Origin: the human T2T-CHM13v2.0 reference genome, Homo sapiens
Length of the DNA: 64,000 nucleotides
NCBI RefSeq assembly: GCF_009914755.1
Contig: NC_060927.1
Strand: one strand, 5' to 3'
Below the pieces are notes generated by a model. That model was not told the DNA's origin. It did no database searches and was given only the letters and a program-made list of their open reading frames with translations. Below, piece by piece: positions 28,291-44,744 of this stretch. The stretch's first letter is position 1; each line of letters begins with the position of its first letter. A program made the translations under genes and the position numbers.

Positions 28291-31124
28291 ACTTCCAGGA
28301 CAGCATGATAGCATCTGATACCAATTAGTCTGTTCTGTGACACTAACCTTGACATAAACTTAGTGTTTGTAGAAAGTCTTTGAGTTAAAGCCTCCGTTTT
28401 CCCTAACACACAGTTTGATTTGACTGACCCCTCTGGCCTTTGTCACTCTGGCGTGGGGGTAGAAACTGTCTCCTTTAAGATACAGTCTACAAGAGCGTCT
28501 ATTCACTGGGTTTCTTGGTTATTACTGGATTGTGTTAGATTTAAAACATGCGGAAGAGACAGTTTTGGTATGACCATTTATTATGTGACCTGGAATAAAA
28601 GGGAAGTGCATTATAAAGTTGGGCAGCAGCATCTTCATAAGAAGTATTCTTGTTTTTCCTAGGAATTTCTTAAAAAAGAGTAGAAGAGGTAGTATTGTTC
28701 TGTGTTTCTTTCCTTTTTTCTTCATCCAATTTACAGATGGGAAGAGGAGGTTTAGAGAATTGCAATTTGTACATGTTACAGTGGATTAGAAGAGATGATA
28801 GGGTTATTACAAATCAGGCATTATGAAAATAAATTTTGATATTCGATCACTTGCATTTTCATGGCTTCAGTGAAATTTGATTAGTGGTGTTTTGTTCAGT
28901 TAGTCTACTGTGTTTTGACTTCTTCATATTTAATGCCCTCTCACCTGACCGTTTCACCTGACCAGCATTCCTGAGAATGCAGAGTGTCAGCTGGGGAGAC
29001 ACAGCGCAGCATCAGAGAGCTGCTGAAAGCTGCTGAGCCACACCTGGCTGCAGCTGGGTTGAAGATGGGTCTGAGTTCTGAGAAAGACTGCATACTCTCC
29101 TATTGGAAAGACAGACTTCATTTCGGGAAATATTCAATAAAAAGTTTTGAGACACAGAGTCCCATTCATGGTGAGAGAGATTGAAGGTAGCTGTTTTCCC
29201 TCTTAAGGCTTGGCGCAGTCTGTAAGGATACTATTTAATGTAATCAAGAACTGATTATTTTGTTGATCATGTTTCAAAACCCGTGCCCTTTAAACAAGTT
29301 CCCAGAGTAAATTGAATGCAATTGTGGGAAGTTTAACTTTTTAAAGGAAATCTTGTTGTATTTTGAGATTGAGGGAGAGGATGATGGGAGAGGGTGACTG
29401 GAAACCTGCCCAAGGACTGAAAAATCTAAGGGGATGGGAGGAAGGATGAACAGAGAAGAGAAAGACTAGAATTCTGGGTCAGAAACTCTTACCGAATGAG
29501 TCATCCCACAGGACAAATAAAACCTCACTCATCACCCTGTCTTCCCTCTCTGTAGCGAGAGAAGCAAACACTGGGGCCCTGGAAAAACATCAGCAACTTC
29601 TTGTAGCATCTGTAGGTGGGGAAGGTTTCCAAGCCACCGAGAGGGCTGTGAACGCAGTTACTGGGGCTCCAGTTTTTCCTCAGCCAAGTAGGAAGAACCT
29701 CTAAATTGACCTTGGAAAAACATACTCAATGAAGGAAAAAAATATGGTAAGCTCTCCCTGTGTATTTGTATTAGAGATTTTTTTTTAAAGAAACAAATAC
29801 ATTGCTTTCCAGTTTTCCATGAAAAGAGTTTGAATACTCTCATATTCACAGTGGTAAAATCCTTAGAGTGGGATTTGAAAGGCTGTAGACAGGACTTAAG
29901 CTTTGCCCCTCTTTAAGAAGCACAAGGTCATCCACATAGTACAACTGTATTCGTATTAAAAAGCCTAAGGGGGAAAGCATTCTTGCCGCTCCTTTCAGCA
30001 AAGATTGAAATTAGCATTTTTATGAAGAGCATAAACTCTCTGCGTATCAAAGATGCACTTTTATTACTCTGAAACTGGCTCGAGTAAGCATCCTGCAAAC
30101 ATTTGGCTCTTTCTCTTCCAGGAGGAGGCCAATTAAAACACAGTCTGTCTAACTGCCAGTCCCTACCCACTCTTCAGTGGGGCAACAACAATACCGAGAT
30201 GGCAGCGTTGGCGCCTGCAAAAGTGGCTTTTCAGTTATTGGGCACCTGGAGGGAAAATAATGATTTCTTGGCACTCATCACAAAAACAAATTTAAAAAAA
30301 ACAACAACCAAAAAACAAAAAAAAGAAGGCTTATTTTACTTGCCCCTCCTCCCTCTGATTATGAATTGCGTGGTTCGGACAGACAATTTAACTTGCCACC
30401 AATTGTGTCAGCTGTTCTCCCTGTTCTCCCACCTCTGGAGCAATGAGGCTCAAGGGAGAGGGGCAGTTGACTGTGTCTTGGTGGCGCCAGCATGCTTTTA
30501 CAAGCTGCGATTACCCTCTGGCAGGCAGCCTGTGCCGGTGGGCTGCTCTCTGGAGCAGAGACCCACAGCTGTGCAGTCCCCCTGTGGCTACCAACAAACC
30601 TGCCATTTAATGTTGTTTCTTCAGGTATTGTCTCATCTGACCAGTGGTTTTTCTATTACAAGAGGCCTCTCTATCATGGCATGAAGCAGAAAGTGGAAAG
30701 GACAGTGTCTGGCTGCTTTTGGAGCCAGAGGCAACAGGCCAGGATTTACCTCACTCGTTTAGATTTACTCATCAGCCAAATGAGTCTTGCTAAAATATTT
30801 AGTCTCCATATACGCAATAAACAATTTTGAACTGAATTCAGATTCAAGACTCAAATTCCCTTTCAATGGAAATGACACCAAGCACAGGCACATAAATGAT
30901 GCTCAGTAAACATTTCTTGAGTGAAAGAATTAATATGCCAAGACCTAGGGAGGAAATCTTTTTACAGTGTACCTCTGTCCATTTCTCTCCACTTTTCTGA
31001 TGTGATGAAATTCAATCTTGTGATTGCTCTACTAATATTACCTCTGACAATGAATCTTCCTGATTTCAAAGAGTGGACTGACTTCCTATGAAAACAGTTA
31101 ATGCAATATTTGGAGGTTTAACAG

Positions 31125-31935
31125 TTTTGATGCTTTTGGCTACAAATAAAAGAGTACCTATCAAAACTAACTCAGACAATGGAGATTTATTAATAAAACT
31201 TACAAATGTGATGTCCAGAGATTAGCAGTTCTGGGAGTAGATCAGTAACACATCGATGTCAAGGGTTAAGATCAATGTCCCTGGCATTTTCTTTTTCTTT
31301 TCTTCATGGTTTCAAGATGGCTGCTGCAGTTCTGAACCACATGTCTTCATATAACAATGATTAAAACACAACAGAAGATACTTTGATTTTAAAGACCTAT
31401 AAGGTTTCCTCTTATATTGTGTTTCTCATAACCGGGTCACATGCAAAGTAAAAACAAATTGCCATGAGTGACTAGACCCCTTGTGTTAGTTTGGTAGTAT
31501 AGTCATGGCAGTATCACAGACTGGGTGGCTCAAACAACAGATTTTTTTTTCTCATGATTCTGGATGCTAGAAATGCAAGATCAAGATGTCAGTAAGATTG
31601 GCTTCTTCTGAGACCTCTCTTCTTTGGTTTTAGATGACTGCTTTCTCCCTGTGTCTTCACATGGTCTTTCCTCTATGTGTTTCTGTGTCCTAATTTCTTC
31701 TTATAAGGACACCTGTCATAATGGATGGTGGCCCACCCTAACAACTTCATTTTAACTTGATTACCTTTTTAAAGACCTTATCTCCAATGATAGGCACATT
31801 CTGAGGTAATAAGACTCAGGACTTCAACAAGGGGGAGGGAGGGACATACAATTCACCCCCAATCACCCATCATGATTGATCCTTTGAGATCAGCATATTA
31901 CTGCTCTGGTAACACAGGGGCCTGATTAACAAAGA
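31125..31935. mobile_element. Old MLT1 (I/K/L-like) LTR hosting MLT1B
   Basis: tgcttttggctacaaataaaagag and catggtttcaagatggctgctgcag are typical of these LTRs. Confidence 0.55.
31482..31865 (-). mobile_element. MLT1B solo LTR
   Basis: TG...CA termini, 5-bp TSD cccct/cccat, and acagactgggtggctcaaacaacaga plus ttataaggacacc motifs. Confidence 0.85.
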
Positions 31936-32246
31936 CAGAGGAGAGACTCTCACCTATGTCTTTACTTATTCTCATTATTTTGTTCATGTAATAATTGTTG
32001 AGATGCCTTCATTTCCCAAAATGTGATGAAAGAGCCCAATATAAGAAATAATTTAGAAAACTGAAGATTATAATAATGATGACCTCTGTTGCTAGATATG
32101 TCCCTGGACACGTGGCCAGCAGTATCCAGTGAGAGCATATTCGTGTGTAGCAAGTGTGTGTCCAAGAAAATAAATGGATTTTCTTAACAAATGACACAAT
32201 AACTTCTCTTAAGGAAGAATAAATATTGGTTTAGAAAAATTCTTGA

Positions 32247-32613
<367 letters not shown>

Positions 32614-33309
32614 TAAACTTGTTTGAATAAACCATGAGCTGAAATGTGGTAGTAGGGGAAAACATGAGAAGTTAGAAAATAGCACAAGGCTTGAAGACCT
32701 TGAGTGAAAATTGGACAGGGACAATATCCAGTTGTGGGAGAATCAAGTCTTCCTAGAATGAAGAAGTCTGATGTCTCGTTTGAGCATATTTTTGCTGGTG
32801 TGATGTAGTACTCTCCTCAGCACCTTCCTTTGATCATCAATAAAACATACTATGTACACACCTATCTCAAGAGGGTAGAGTTTTGGGGAAACCAAGTATG
32901 CAATGGCATTGGATATGCCATGAGCAGACCTGGCAGATGACCTATAAATGGAACTGATTAAAAAAACATGATTTCTAGAAACACAGATATCTGTGAGCTG
33001 TAAGCACCCTCTACTCCTACCTCCAAGTAAAAACAGAAATCTGGAGGACTGTTTCAGTTTTCACAGGACACTGAAAGGGATGTAAGAATGAGGATGTGTT
33101 TGACTCAATCTTATCCACCTTTTATGGGGCAGGATCATCCCAGATTTTATTTAGGTTACATGTATATAGTAACATTTTTAATTATAAGAAACAGTCCAAC
33201 CTTACATTACATTATGAATGATTTTTTAAATGTTTATCTATGAATTAGTCTATATTTTCCAAGCCTTCAACTTTTATTCCATGTGACTACTATAATCTTG
33301 AAAAAATAG

Positions 33310-33883
<574 letters not shown>

Positions 33884-34199
33884 TAGCCACATCCTCATCC
33901 CGCTCATGTCATCCCCTACTTACCTCTGGCAACTACCAATCTGTTCTCTATTTTCATAATTTTGTCATTTCAAAAATGCTATATAAATGGAATCATGCTC
34001 TATGTAACCTTTTGGGATTGGCTTTTCCCACTCAGTGCAGTTTCCTGGAAAGTCATCCAGGTAGTAACCATAGATCAATATATTTTTCTTTCTATTGTTG
34101 AGTAATATTCTACGATATGGACATGCCAGAATTTGTTTAAACATTCACCTATTGAAAGACGTCTGGTTGTTTCCAGTTATGGGATATTACAAAGGTGCT

Positions 34200-34646
34200 T
34201 GTTACAGATTGAATCTTGTTCTCCTAAAAAGTTGAATTCTTAGCCCCCAATACCTCAGAAAGTGACCCTATTTTGAGGTAGGGTCTTTGCAGAGGTACTC
34301 AAATTAAAATACAATCATTAATGTAGGCCGTTATTCGATATGAGTGGTGTCCTTATGAAAAGGTCAAATTTAGAGACAGCCATGCACACTGAGAGACTGC
34401 CATGTGAAAATGAAGTCAGAGACTGGGGCAATGCTTCTTCAAGTCAAGGGACACCAATCTCCAGGAAACCTCCAGAAGTGAGGTGAGAGGCATGGAGCAG
34501 ATCCTCTCTCACAACACTCAGAAGAAAGCAACCCTGATGATACCTTGGTTTGGGCATCCAGTCTCCAAAAGTGTGAGACAATAAATATCTGGTGTTTAAA
34601 CCACTCTGCAGTACTTTGTTAATGGCAGCACTAGCAAACTAATATA
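34200..34646 (+). mobile_element. MLT1C solo LTR
   Basis: Runs tgttacagattgaat...gcaaactaatata with 5-bp TSD gtgct/gtgcc, and contains agggtctttgcagagg. Confidence 0.85.
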
Positions 34647-35594
34647 GTGCCATAAACATCTGTGTATAGGAGGTTTTTGTACAGACACAAATCCTCATTT
34701 CTTTGGAATAAATGGCCAGGAGTGCAATTACTGGGTCATAGGGTAGCTGCATATTAAGTTAAAAGAAAATAGCCTGTTTTCCAGAATGGCTGTACTTCTT
34801 TACATTCCCAGACCAATGTAAAGGATGGCTCAAATTCTTGTCATTCTCACTAAAGGTTGATGTTGTCACTATGTTTTTATTTTAGCCATTCCACTGGATA
34901 TATATTGGTATCTCATTATGATATTAATTTGCATTTCTCCAATGGCTAATGATGATGGACTTCTGTTCATGAGCTTGTTTGTTTCTACTGTTGAGTTGTG
35001 AGGGTTTTTATATATTCTGAATAGCAGTTCTTTGTTATGTATGTACTTGGCTTATATTTTCCCAGTTTATAGCTTGTCTTATCCTCCCGTTAATAGAGGT
35101 GTTTTGTGGATCAAAGGTTTGTAATTTTGATGAAATCTGCTTTATCACTTGTATCTTTTTATGGATCATGCCTTTAGTGTCAATTCTAAGAATTCTTTGC
35201 CTAGCTAACAATATGCCAGAGTAATTTCTATATTTATTATAAAATGTTTTTAGCTTTGTAATTTACATTTGAGTCCATGATTCACTTTGAGTTAATTTTT
35301 ATACAAAGTGTGAGGATTATGTCACGGTTCACTGTCTATAGAAATCCAATTACTCTAGCACCATTTATTGAAAAGGCCACCTTTTTTCCACTGGATTGTT
35401 TTTGTACCTTTGTCAAAAATCAGTTAGGCATATGTGTATGAGTCTGTTTTTGGGTTCCCTGACATGTTCCATTGATCTACGTGTCTATTCCTCCACCAAA
35501 TACCACACTGTATTGATAAAGCCTTAATATCAGTCAGAGTGATTTCTCCCACTTTCTTCTTCTTTTTTCTCCCACTTTCTTCTTCTTTTTTCTC

Positions 35595-35916
35595 CTGTCA
35601 ATCTCTGTTTTTATTTTTAAATAAGAATTGATATATTTAGTTCACTTATATTTAACGTAATTATTGATCTCTTAAGGTTAAGTTTTCCCTTTAATTTTAT
35701 GGTTTGGGTTTATTCTATTTTTTGTGTTTCTTTGTTTTCTTTTTTTTCTGTTATTCTCTGTGTTATGTGAATACTGTTTAGCATTTCATTTTGACTTCTT
35801 CTTACCTTTTGGAGTGTTATCTCTTTATACAGCATTTTTGGTGGTTGCTGTTAATTTTTCATTATATATACATAGCTTATCACTGTTTACTTGTATCATC
35901 ATTTCACCAGTTTATT

Positions 35917-35949
<33 letters not shown>

Positions 35950-38395
35950 TTTAGAGACAGAGTCTCGCTTGGTCGCCCAGGCTGGAGTGCGGTGGTGCGA
36001 TCTCGGCTCACTGCAAGCCCTGCCTCCCAGGATCATGCCATTCTCCTGCCTCAGCCTCCTGAGTAGCTGGGACTACAGGTGCCCGCCACCATGCCCGGCT
36101 AATTTTTGTATTTTTAGTAGAGGCGGAGTTTCACCGTGGTAGCCAGGATGGTCTCGATCTCCTGACCTCGTGATCTGCCTGCCTCAGCCTCCCAAAGTGC
36201 TGGAATTACAGGCGTGAGCATTTTACCAGTTTAAATGAAGTGTATAAACTTTACTTTCTTTTGCATTTCTTAACATAATATTATTATAAGATAATATTCT
36301 TAAATATTTCCTCTATATACATTTAACTCCACATTAGACAGTGTTGTAATTTTTTCTTCAATCATCATAGTTAGGAAAACTCAAGATGAAGAGGAAAGTC
36401 TATTTTATTTGTTTATATTTTTGTTATCATTTACTTTCTTTTTTCTGATGTTCCAAGAGTCTTTAAAAAGTTATTTCTTTTCTGTTTAGAGAACTTTCTT
36501 AGCCATTCTGCTATTATAAATTTTCTGCTGACAAATTATCTTAATTTTTTTGCATCTGAAAATGTCTTGATTTCCTTTCATTCCTAAATAATATTTTCAC
36601 TGGCTAATAGATTACCACTTGACAATTTTTTTTTTGTAAAGCACATGGAAAAATGTTATGTCACTTTCTTCTGGCCTTAATGATTTCTGATGAGAAATCC
36701 ACTGTTATTTGATTTTTTTTCTTATGTAGGTATCGTTTTACTGTTTCTTCATCACTTTCAATTTTTATTTCTTTTCAGAACTTTGACTATAATGTGTCTT
36801 GTTATGAATTTCTTTGTTTTTTTTTTTTCTCTTTGTGATTCATCCAGCCTTTGGATCTGCAGATTTATGGAAATTTCTTGGCCAAATTTGGGGAGTTTGA
36901 GTTATTCCATTAAGAACATTTTCAGCTCCTCAGTTTTCCTCCTTTAATTCTGGCATTTCAATGACACAAATGTTATGTCTTTTGTTATATTTCCACAGGA
37001 AGTGAGACTTTGTTCATATTTTTGTTAGCCTATTTTTTCCTCTGTTGTTCAAATTGAGTAATTTCTACTGTTCTTAAAGTTCATTAATTATTATGTCTCC
37101 TCCATCTTGCTGTTGAACCCATCACTGAGTTTTTAATTTCAGTTATTACATTTTTAAGTTCTAATATTTTCATTTTGTCTTTTATAATATTTTATATTTC
37201 TTGCTGAGAAATATTTATTTGCTAGGATTTTTTGTTTTTTTTTCATTTGTTTCAATGGTGTTAATAATTGTTCATTGAAGCATTTTTATGATAGCTGCTT
37301 TACAATATTTGTCAGATAATTCTAATGTCACTGACATCTTAGTGTTGGCTTATATTGATTGTGTTTTCTTCTTTTCCATTCAGTTCAAGACCTTCCTGGT
37401 ACTTGGCATGAATGTTTTAAATTGAAATCTGGACATTTTGGTCATTACATTATAAAAAACTGGATCTTATTAATAACTTTCTGTTTTAGCTTGTTCTTTC
37501 TGACACCACTTCGGTAGGGAAAGAGGGGGACACTGTCTTGTTACCAACTTGGCCTCCATTGACACACAATAGAGTGGGTTCCTCCTTACTGCTGAGTGGA
37601 GTTACTTACTGCTCCTACTGGGAGCCTCTGCTGATACCTGCTTAGATGGAAGAGACGAGTGCTAGGTTACTGATGTCCACATGGTCTTCACTTCCCACAC
37701 GGGATGGTGGTGATGGTGGTGATGGTGGTGGCAGTCTCAGGACCATGGGAAACGGTGAAAGCCCTAACTCTGTACTAGGCCCTTTTTGATAGGACTCCAG
37801 AAGGGAATAAGAGAGTGTTTCATTTCTGCTTAGTGGGTATGGAAGTCCAGGCTCTCCCTGTGGTTTCGACTGACATTGAGTGGGTGGGAGAAATTGTCCT
37901 TGCCCTATAGCGATGAAAGTTTCAGCTTCTAACTTGGCCATCTCAGGCACTCCTCCTGCAAGGGGCTCATTACAGCCAGGTGAGCGTGGAATTCCAGGTT
38001 CCTCCTTGGCCTTTGCTGGTGTACGTGAAAAGAGGCATAAGTTTTTTTCTGTGAAGTCTGGGTAGAATAGGGTGGTTATTGTCAAAAGTATTTCTGTCTT
38101 GCTAGGCTCCCCCTTTCCTGGCCCTTTGGCTAGAGAGCTGATTTTGGTGAGACTTTATTTATTTGTCTGGGCCCATTCAGTGTTTCTGGGTTTCCATCTT
38201 CTGCACTGCAAAGTTTGAGTTATGTGAGATGAAAAGAGAACTCACCACTGTGTTGTCTCCTGTATCCTAAGGTCCCTAGACTATCTACCTTCTTCTCTCT
38301 GCCTTTCAGACAAGGTGTTTGTTTCATATATGTGTTCAGGGGTTTTAGTTGTGCTTAGCAGGAGAGATTAAAAAAAACAACATTGACTCCATATT
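35595..38395 (-). mobile_element. Old L1M 5' region/ORF1 relic
   Basis: T-rich antisense L1 sequence (tttctgatgagaaatc; tcttgctgttgaacccatcactgag) grading into a GC-richer L1M 5'UTR-like segment. Confidence 0.65.
35915..36219 (-). mobile_element. AluY-like, slightly 5'-truncated
   Basis: ctgcaagc, gccattctcc and tagccaggatggtctcgatc diagnostics, (TTA)n tail, TSD cattt(c/t)accagttta. Confidence 0.93.
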
Positions 38396-38645
38396 ATTGT
38401 AATAAATGTTTCCAACATCTTATTTTAAAATACTATTAGACATTAAAGAGTTACAAAAATAGTGCAAGAAATGTCTGAATGTAATTTATCCATAGTGCCC
38501 GCAAATAGTTAACATTTTAGCCCCTTTGCTTTATATTTATTTAGTCATTATTTATTTATTTATTTCTATCTAATCTTATTGAACCCTCTCAGAGTAAGTT
38601 GCAAACTCTAAGAACTTCAGTGTGTACGTTCAGAAAACAAGAATA

Positions 38646-38953
38646 GGCCGGGTGCAGTGGCTCATGCCTGTTATCTCAGCACTTTGGGAGGCTGAGGCGG
38701 GAGGATCACCTGAGGTCAGGAGTTTGAGATCAGCCTGGCCAACGTGGTGAAACCCTGTCTTTACTAAAAATACAAAAATTAGCTGGGCATGGTGGCACGT
38801 GCCTGTAAATCAAACTAGTCAGGAGATCGAGGCAGGAGAATCGCTTGAACCCAGGAGGCGGAGGTTGCTGTGAGCCAAGATCGCACCACTGCACTCCAGC
38901 CTGGGTAACAGAGCAAGACTCTGTCTTACAAAAACAAAAACAAACACAAAAAT
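38646..38953 (+). mobile_element. AluS inserted in the TSD of the ENOPH1 retrocopy
   Basis: Starts ggccgggtgcagtggctc. TSD gaaaacaagaata (38633-38645) / gaaaaacgagaata (38954-38967). Confidence 0.96.
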
Positions 38954-38970
38954 GAAAAACGAGAATATTC

Positions 38971-40928
<1,958 letters not shown>

Positions 40929-41294
40929 AAAAAATAGGAATATTCTTTTACATAACCAGGGTACAATCATTATCATGAAATTAACTTGAATGCAACATTA
41001 TTTAATCTTATAGATATTATTCACATTTCATCAATTGTATCACTTGTATCTTTCATAGTAAAAGAAAAAAAAAACTCAAACATTTTGTAGGGAAATATGT
41101 CCTCTGATGTAGGACCCTGGGGTTTGCTGTATTATTTCAAAGGGAATTCAATCAATTTGCTGATTCATTCTCATTCTCTCTCTCTTTCTTTCATTATCTC
41201 TTTACCAAACCTACCCTGATTTTTGACCATTTTAAGTACTTTATAGTCAACCAGCCTAGAATCTCTCTACCTGTATCCAACTAGATCTCTACCT

Positions 41295-41700
41295 GTTCCA
41301 GTCCTTGTTAGAACAGGAAAACAGTCATGTAAAGCAATGCAGAAATAGTAAAGTTTAATATAGAAATTAGGGATTACCTGGGAGAGAAATCAGGAAGGGT
41401 ATATCCAAAATGTTAGGGAAAAAACCCTGAAACTCTGTAGTGAGTAGTTATAAAATGTATTAGGAAACTGCTGCAATTCTTGATTTTCAGGGAGAGCCCC
41501 CAGCTGACTATTTTGGTTAGCTGAATAACTTCCTTCTGGTTAGCTATGTGCCTGCCTTGATCCCCCAAGTCCTGCCTTTCAAAATCTCATGTGAGTTCTT
41601 CTTATCAGCAAAGTCAAATCTGGAATCATAGAGCAAAGGAGGTTCTGGAGAATCTAGATAGAAGGCTTCCAGTTCAGGCTTCAAGTTTTTCTGGTGAGTA
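41295..41700. mobile_element. Old ERVL-type LTR (LTR33/LTR67-like)
   Basis: ccttcaaaatctcatgtgagttc...gcaaaggaggttctggagaatctag resembles these LTRs. Family uncertain. Confidence 0.4.
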
Positions 41701-41817
41701 AGTGGTGCCCTATAGTAGGAGAGAGAATGGACAGAAAAGCATCCGGCTGGCCCAGGAAATCTCTTTCTGGAAAATTATTCAAATAGTTAGAAATACATTG
41801 CTAAATTCTGTCACTGA

Positions 41818-42143
<326 letters not shown>

Positions 42144-42476
42144 TTGAATTTGTTTTTGTTATCATCACTTTCCCCAATGGATTCACCCTAAGATACAATC
42201 CAAAGAGGGCTTCTCTTTATTATTGATACTTCTTATTTCTATTTAGAAACTCTTATTTTTTTTGATTCCAATTAATTAGTGTTAGTTGAGCTACCATGAT
42301 TTTTCACGACCTTGATCCTAACCTTGGCTGTAGTTTATTGTTCCATGGAGGACATAGTATTCAAGTTAGCCCAATTACAGTGTTTTTCCCCATTTTTTCA
42401 TTTCTAATGTTTTTCTAATTTTTTTTGTTTCTAAAAATAGCTCAATTGTATGATACATCTAGAGCAAACGAAGATT

Positions 42477-43195
42477 GCATCAGTCAGTAGAGATTAGGTT
42501 ATGCTCTGGTAACAAATAACACCAAAATCTCAGTAATTATTTTTTTCGAGGCAGAGTTTGGCTGTCACCCAGGCTGGAGTCTAGTGGTGCAATCACTGCT
42601 CACTGCAGTCTTAATCTCCTTGGCCCAAATGATTCTCCCACTTAAGCTTCTCAAGTAGCTGGGACTACAGGCACATGCCACCCCACCCAGCTAACTTTTT
42701 TATTCTTTTGTAAAGACTAGGTTTTGCTGTGTTGTCCAGGCTGGTCTTAAACTCCTGGCCTCAAGTGATCCTACTGCCTTGGTCTGCCAAAGTGTTGGGA
42801 TTATAGGTGTGAGCCACTGCACCTGACCTACAGTAGTTTTTTTTTTTTTTTTTTTTTTTTTTTTGGTGACACAGTCTTATTTACTGCTCATTCGGTTTCT
42901 ACTGAAGATCTAGGTGTTTCTACAGGACAACTGTGTCCCATGTGCTGACTCAGTATTTTAATTGCTTAAATATTTTGGTCTCCCCATATAGATACAAGCT
43001 TTTACAATTCTTATGGTACGGGAAGAGCCAAACTAGAGAATCCTGTATCTGCAATTAAATGCTTCCACTCACATTTCATGGTCAAATCAAGTCAAATGGC
43101 CATGTCCAACTTCGAGAGGTGGATTAGTGGAATCCTTCATGTACTCAGAAGTAGAGCATATCTAGATATTGGTGAACAATTGCAATACTTACCCT
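42477..43195. mobile_element. MLT1I/J-like LTR interrupted by AluJ
   Basis: tcagtagagattaggttatgctctggtaacaaataacaccaaaatctcagt...caagtcaaatggccatgtccaacttc. Confidence 0.7.
42537..42828 (-). mobile_element. AluJ
   Basis: gctcactgcagtcttaatctcc and aactcctggcctcaagtgatcct J-type motifs, cagta on both flanks. Confidence 0.92.
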
Positions 43196-44744
43196 ATGGA
43201 CCCCAAAGTCCTATGGACTTCTGACTGACTGACTATTCAGTTGGAGTTAAATGACTAAGGAAGGTAAGTATGATGCCCCTATCATCTTAGAACACATGAG
43301 TCAGTACTAAGAAAAATGTTCGCTCTCTCTTTCTGCTTTTTCTATTACTTTGATTACTATGCTTGAGAAAGCCTAACAAAAATGATGCTATTCCTTTACA
43401 TTTTGCTCAGCATTGTAGATGAGCTATTAGTCTTTTATATAATGTCGCCTCTGAGTTAGAAATCTAGTGTTGAAGCTAATAGTAGGGTACTGTTTATGCA
43501 GCTTACCATACAGGGTTGCTGTGAACCTCAAGGGAAATAATGGTTATAAAAGGGCTGGATATACTTTAATAAATTCAACAAATAGTTTAAGGTGTTGTTA
43601 TTGTTATTTCTTTCATTGAGCTTTCATTAGGAGCATCTCAGGATGACTTTTCAGCTGAAATCAGATTGGCTGATTCTTCAGTGGGCAAAACCCTCATTTT
43701 CAGACAATCTAAAGGCCTTTCTTATCAGTAGATTCTCCTAAGCATTTATGAGTGTAACAGGATGGAATAGGCCTGGGGTAGAAGGTAAGGGTGCTCAGGA
43801 CTAGTCTGTGATAAAAATGGGGTTCCAATGGAAAAATAAGGCAGCCTATAGTATAAATGTGAGCCCGCTGAGGTCTGCTGTGTGATTCTCTTTAATAACA
43901 GAGTTGAGAGGTGTTAATGAGCATGACACAGGGCACACAGCCATCGAGTGAATTAGTCATAGCTTGATTCTTTTTTGTGCCTCGTCTAATGGCAAACATT
44001 ACCCAGCAATCACAGCAGTATCACTCAGATGGAGCAGAAGGTGTGGAAGGGTGTAATGAGGCTGCCTAAAAACTGTTTTACAGAGCCCTGCACCAATTCA
44101 CAACAGATAATAGAACTCAGAGCCAGACAGATAATAGAAGCGACAGCCATTTATTGCTAAGAGACTGTCTGAATATTTGTGCATAAAGCAGCCCACTCCA
44201 AGTTCTTTAATCACATTTCTTGAGAAAGAGTGGCAAAATGGAAAGCCACGTGTCAGGCTACTTCCATTAGTGTGTTCTAAATCAGTATAAAGAGGAATAA
44301 GCAGATACGAAGAAAAAGAACACTGAAAAAGACTGCAGATCAGAAACAGCTTCTGGCTGTTTGAATTCAGCAAATTGGGACATCTTCTCCATGTGACTAG
44401 GACAGAGTATTGGAAAATAATTTTATCCTAAAGTAATCTGATATTTAGGATTGTTGAAAAATATCTTAGTTTACAATTCTTCTTTGATTCCTAAAAGAGA
44501 GAATGGCTCACCCAGACCCCATTTTTTCTTACTTCATACCTAGACTTTGGCACTTTTTTAGTATTGTGGATAGTGAATGGAAACATGTCGTAAAGTTCTA
44601 GAAGATGGAATTCATACTTTTCCGTAAGTTTTTTTTTTTAAAGACCAACAATCTTATCTTCTTCCAAGACGATCCCAAAAAGATTTAAAAGGAAATTTAA
44701 TCATATTACAAGGTATCTCCTAATAGAAAATGAAATTTGGAAAC

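Noticed and set aside
30103-30684. 193-aa ORF
   Set aside because: It has a TTG start, runs through an A-rich low-complexity tract, and resembles no protein I recognise.
37642-38085. 147-aa proline-rich ORF
   Set aside because: It lies in an old L1 5' region, and the prolines come from a (GATGGTGGT)n simple repeat.
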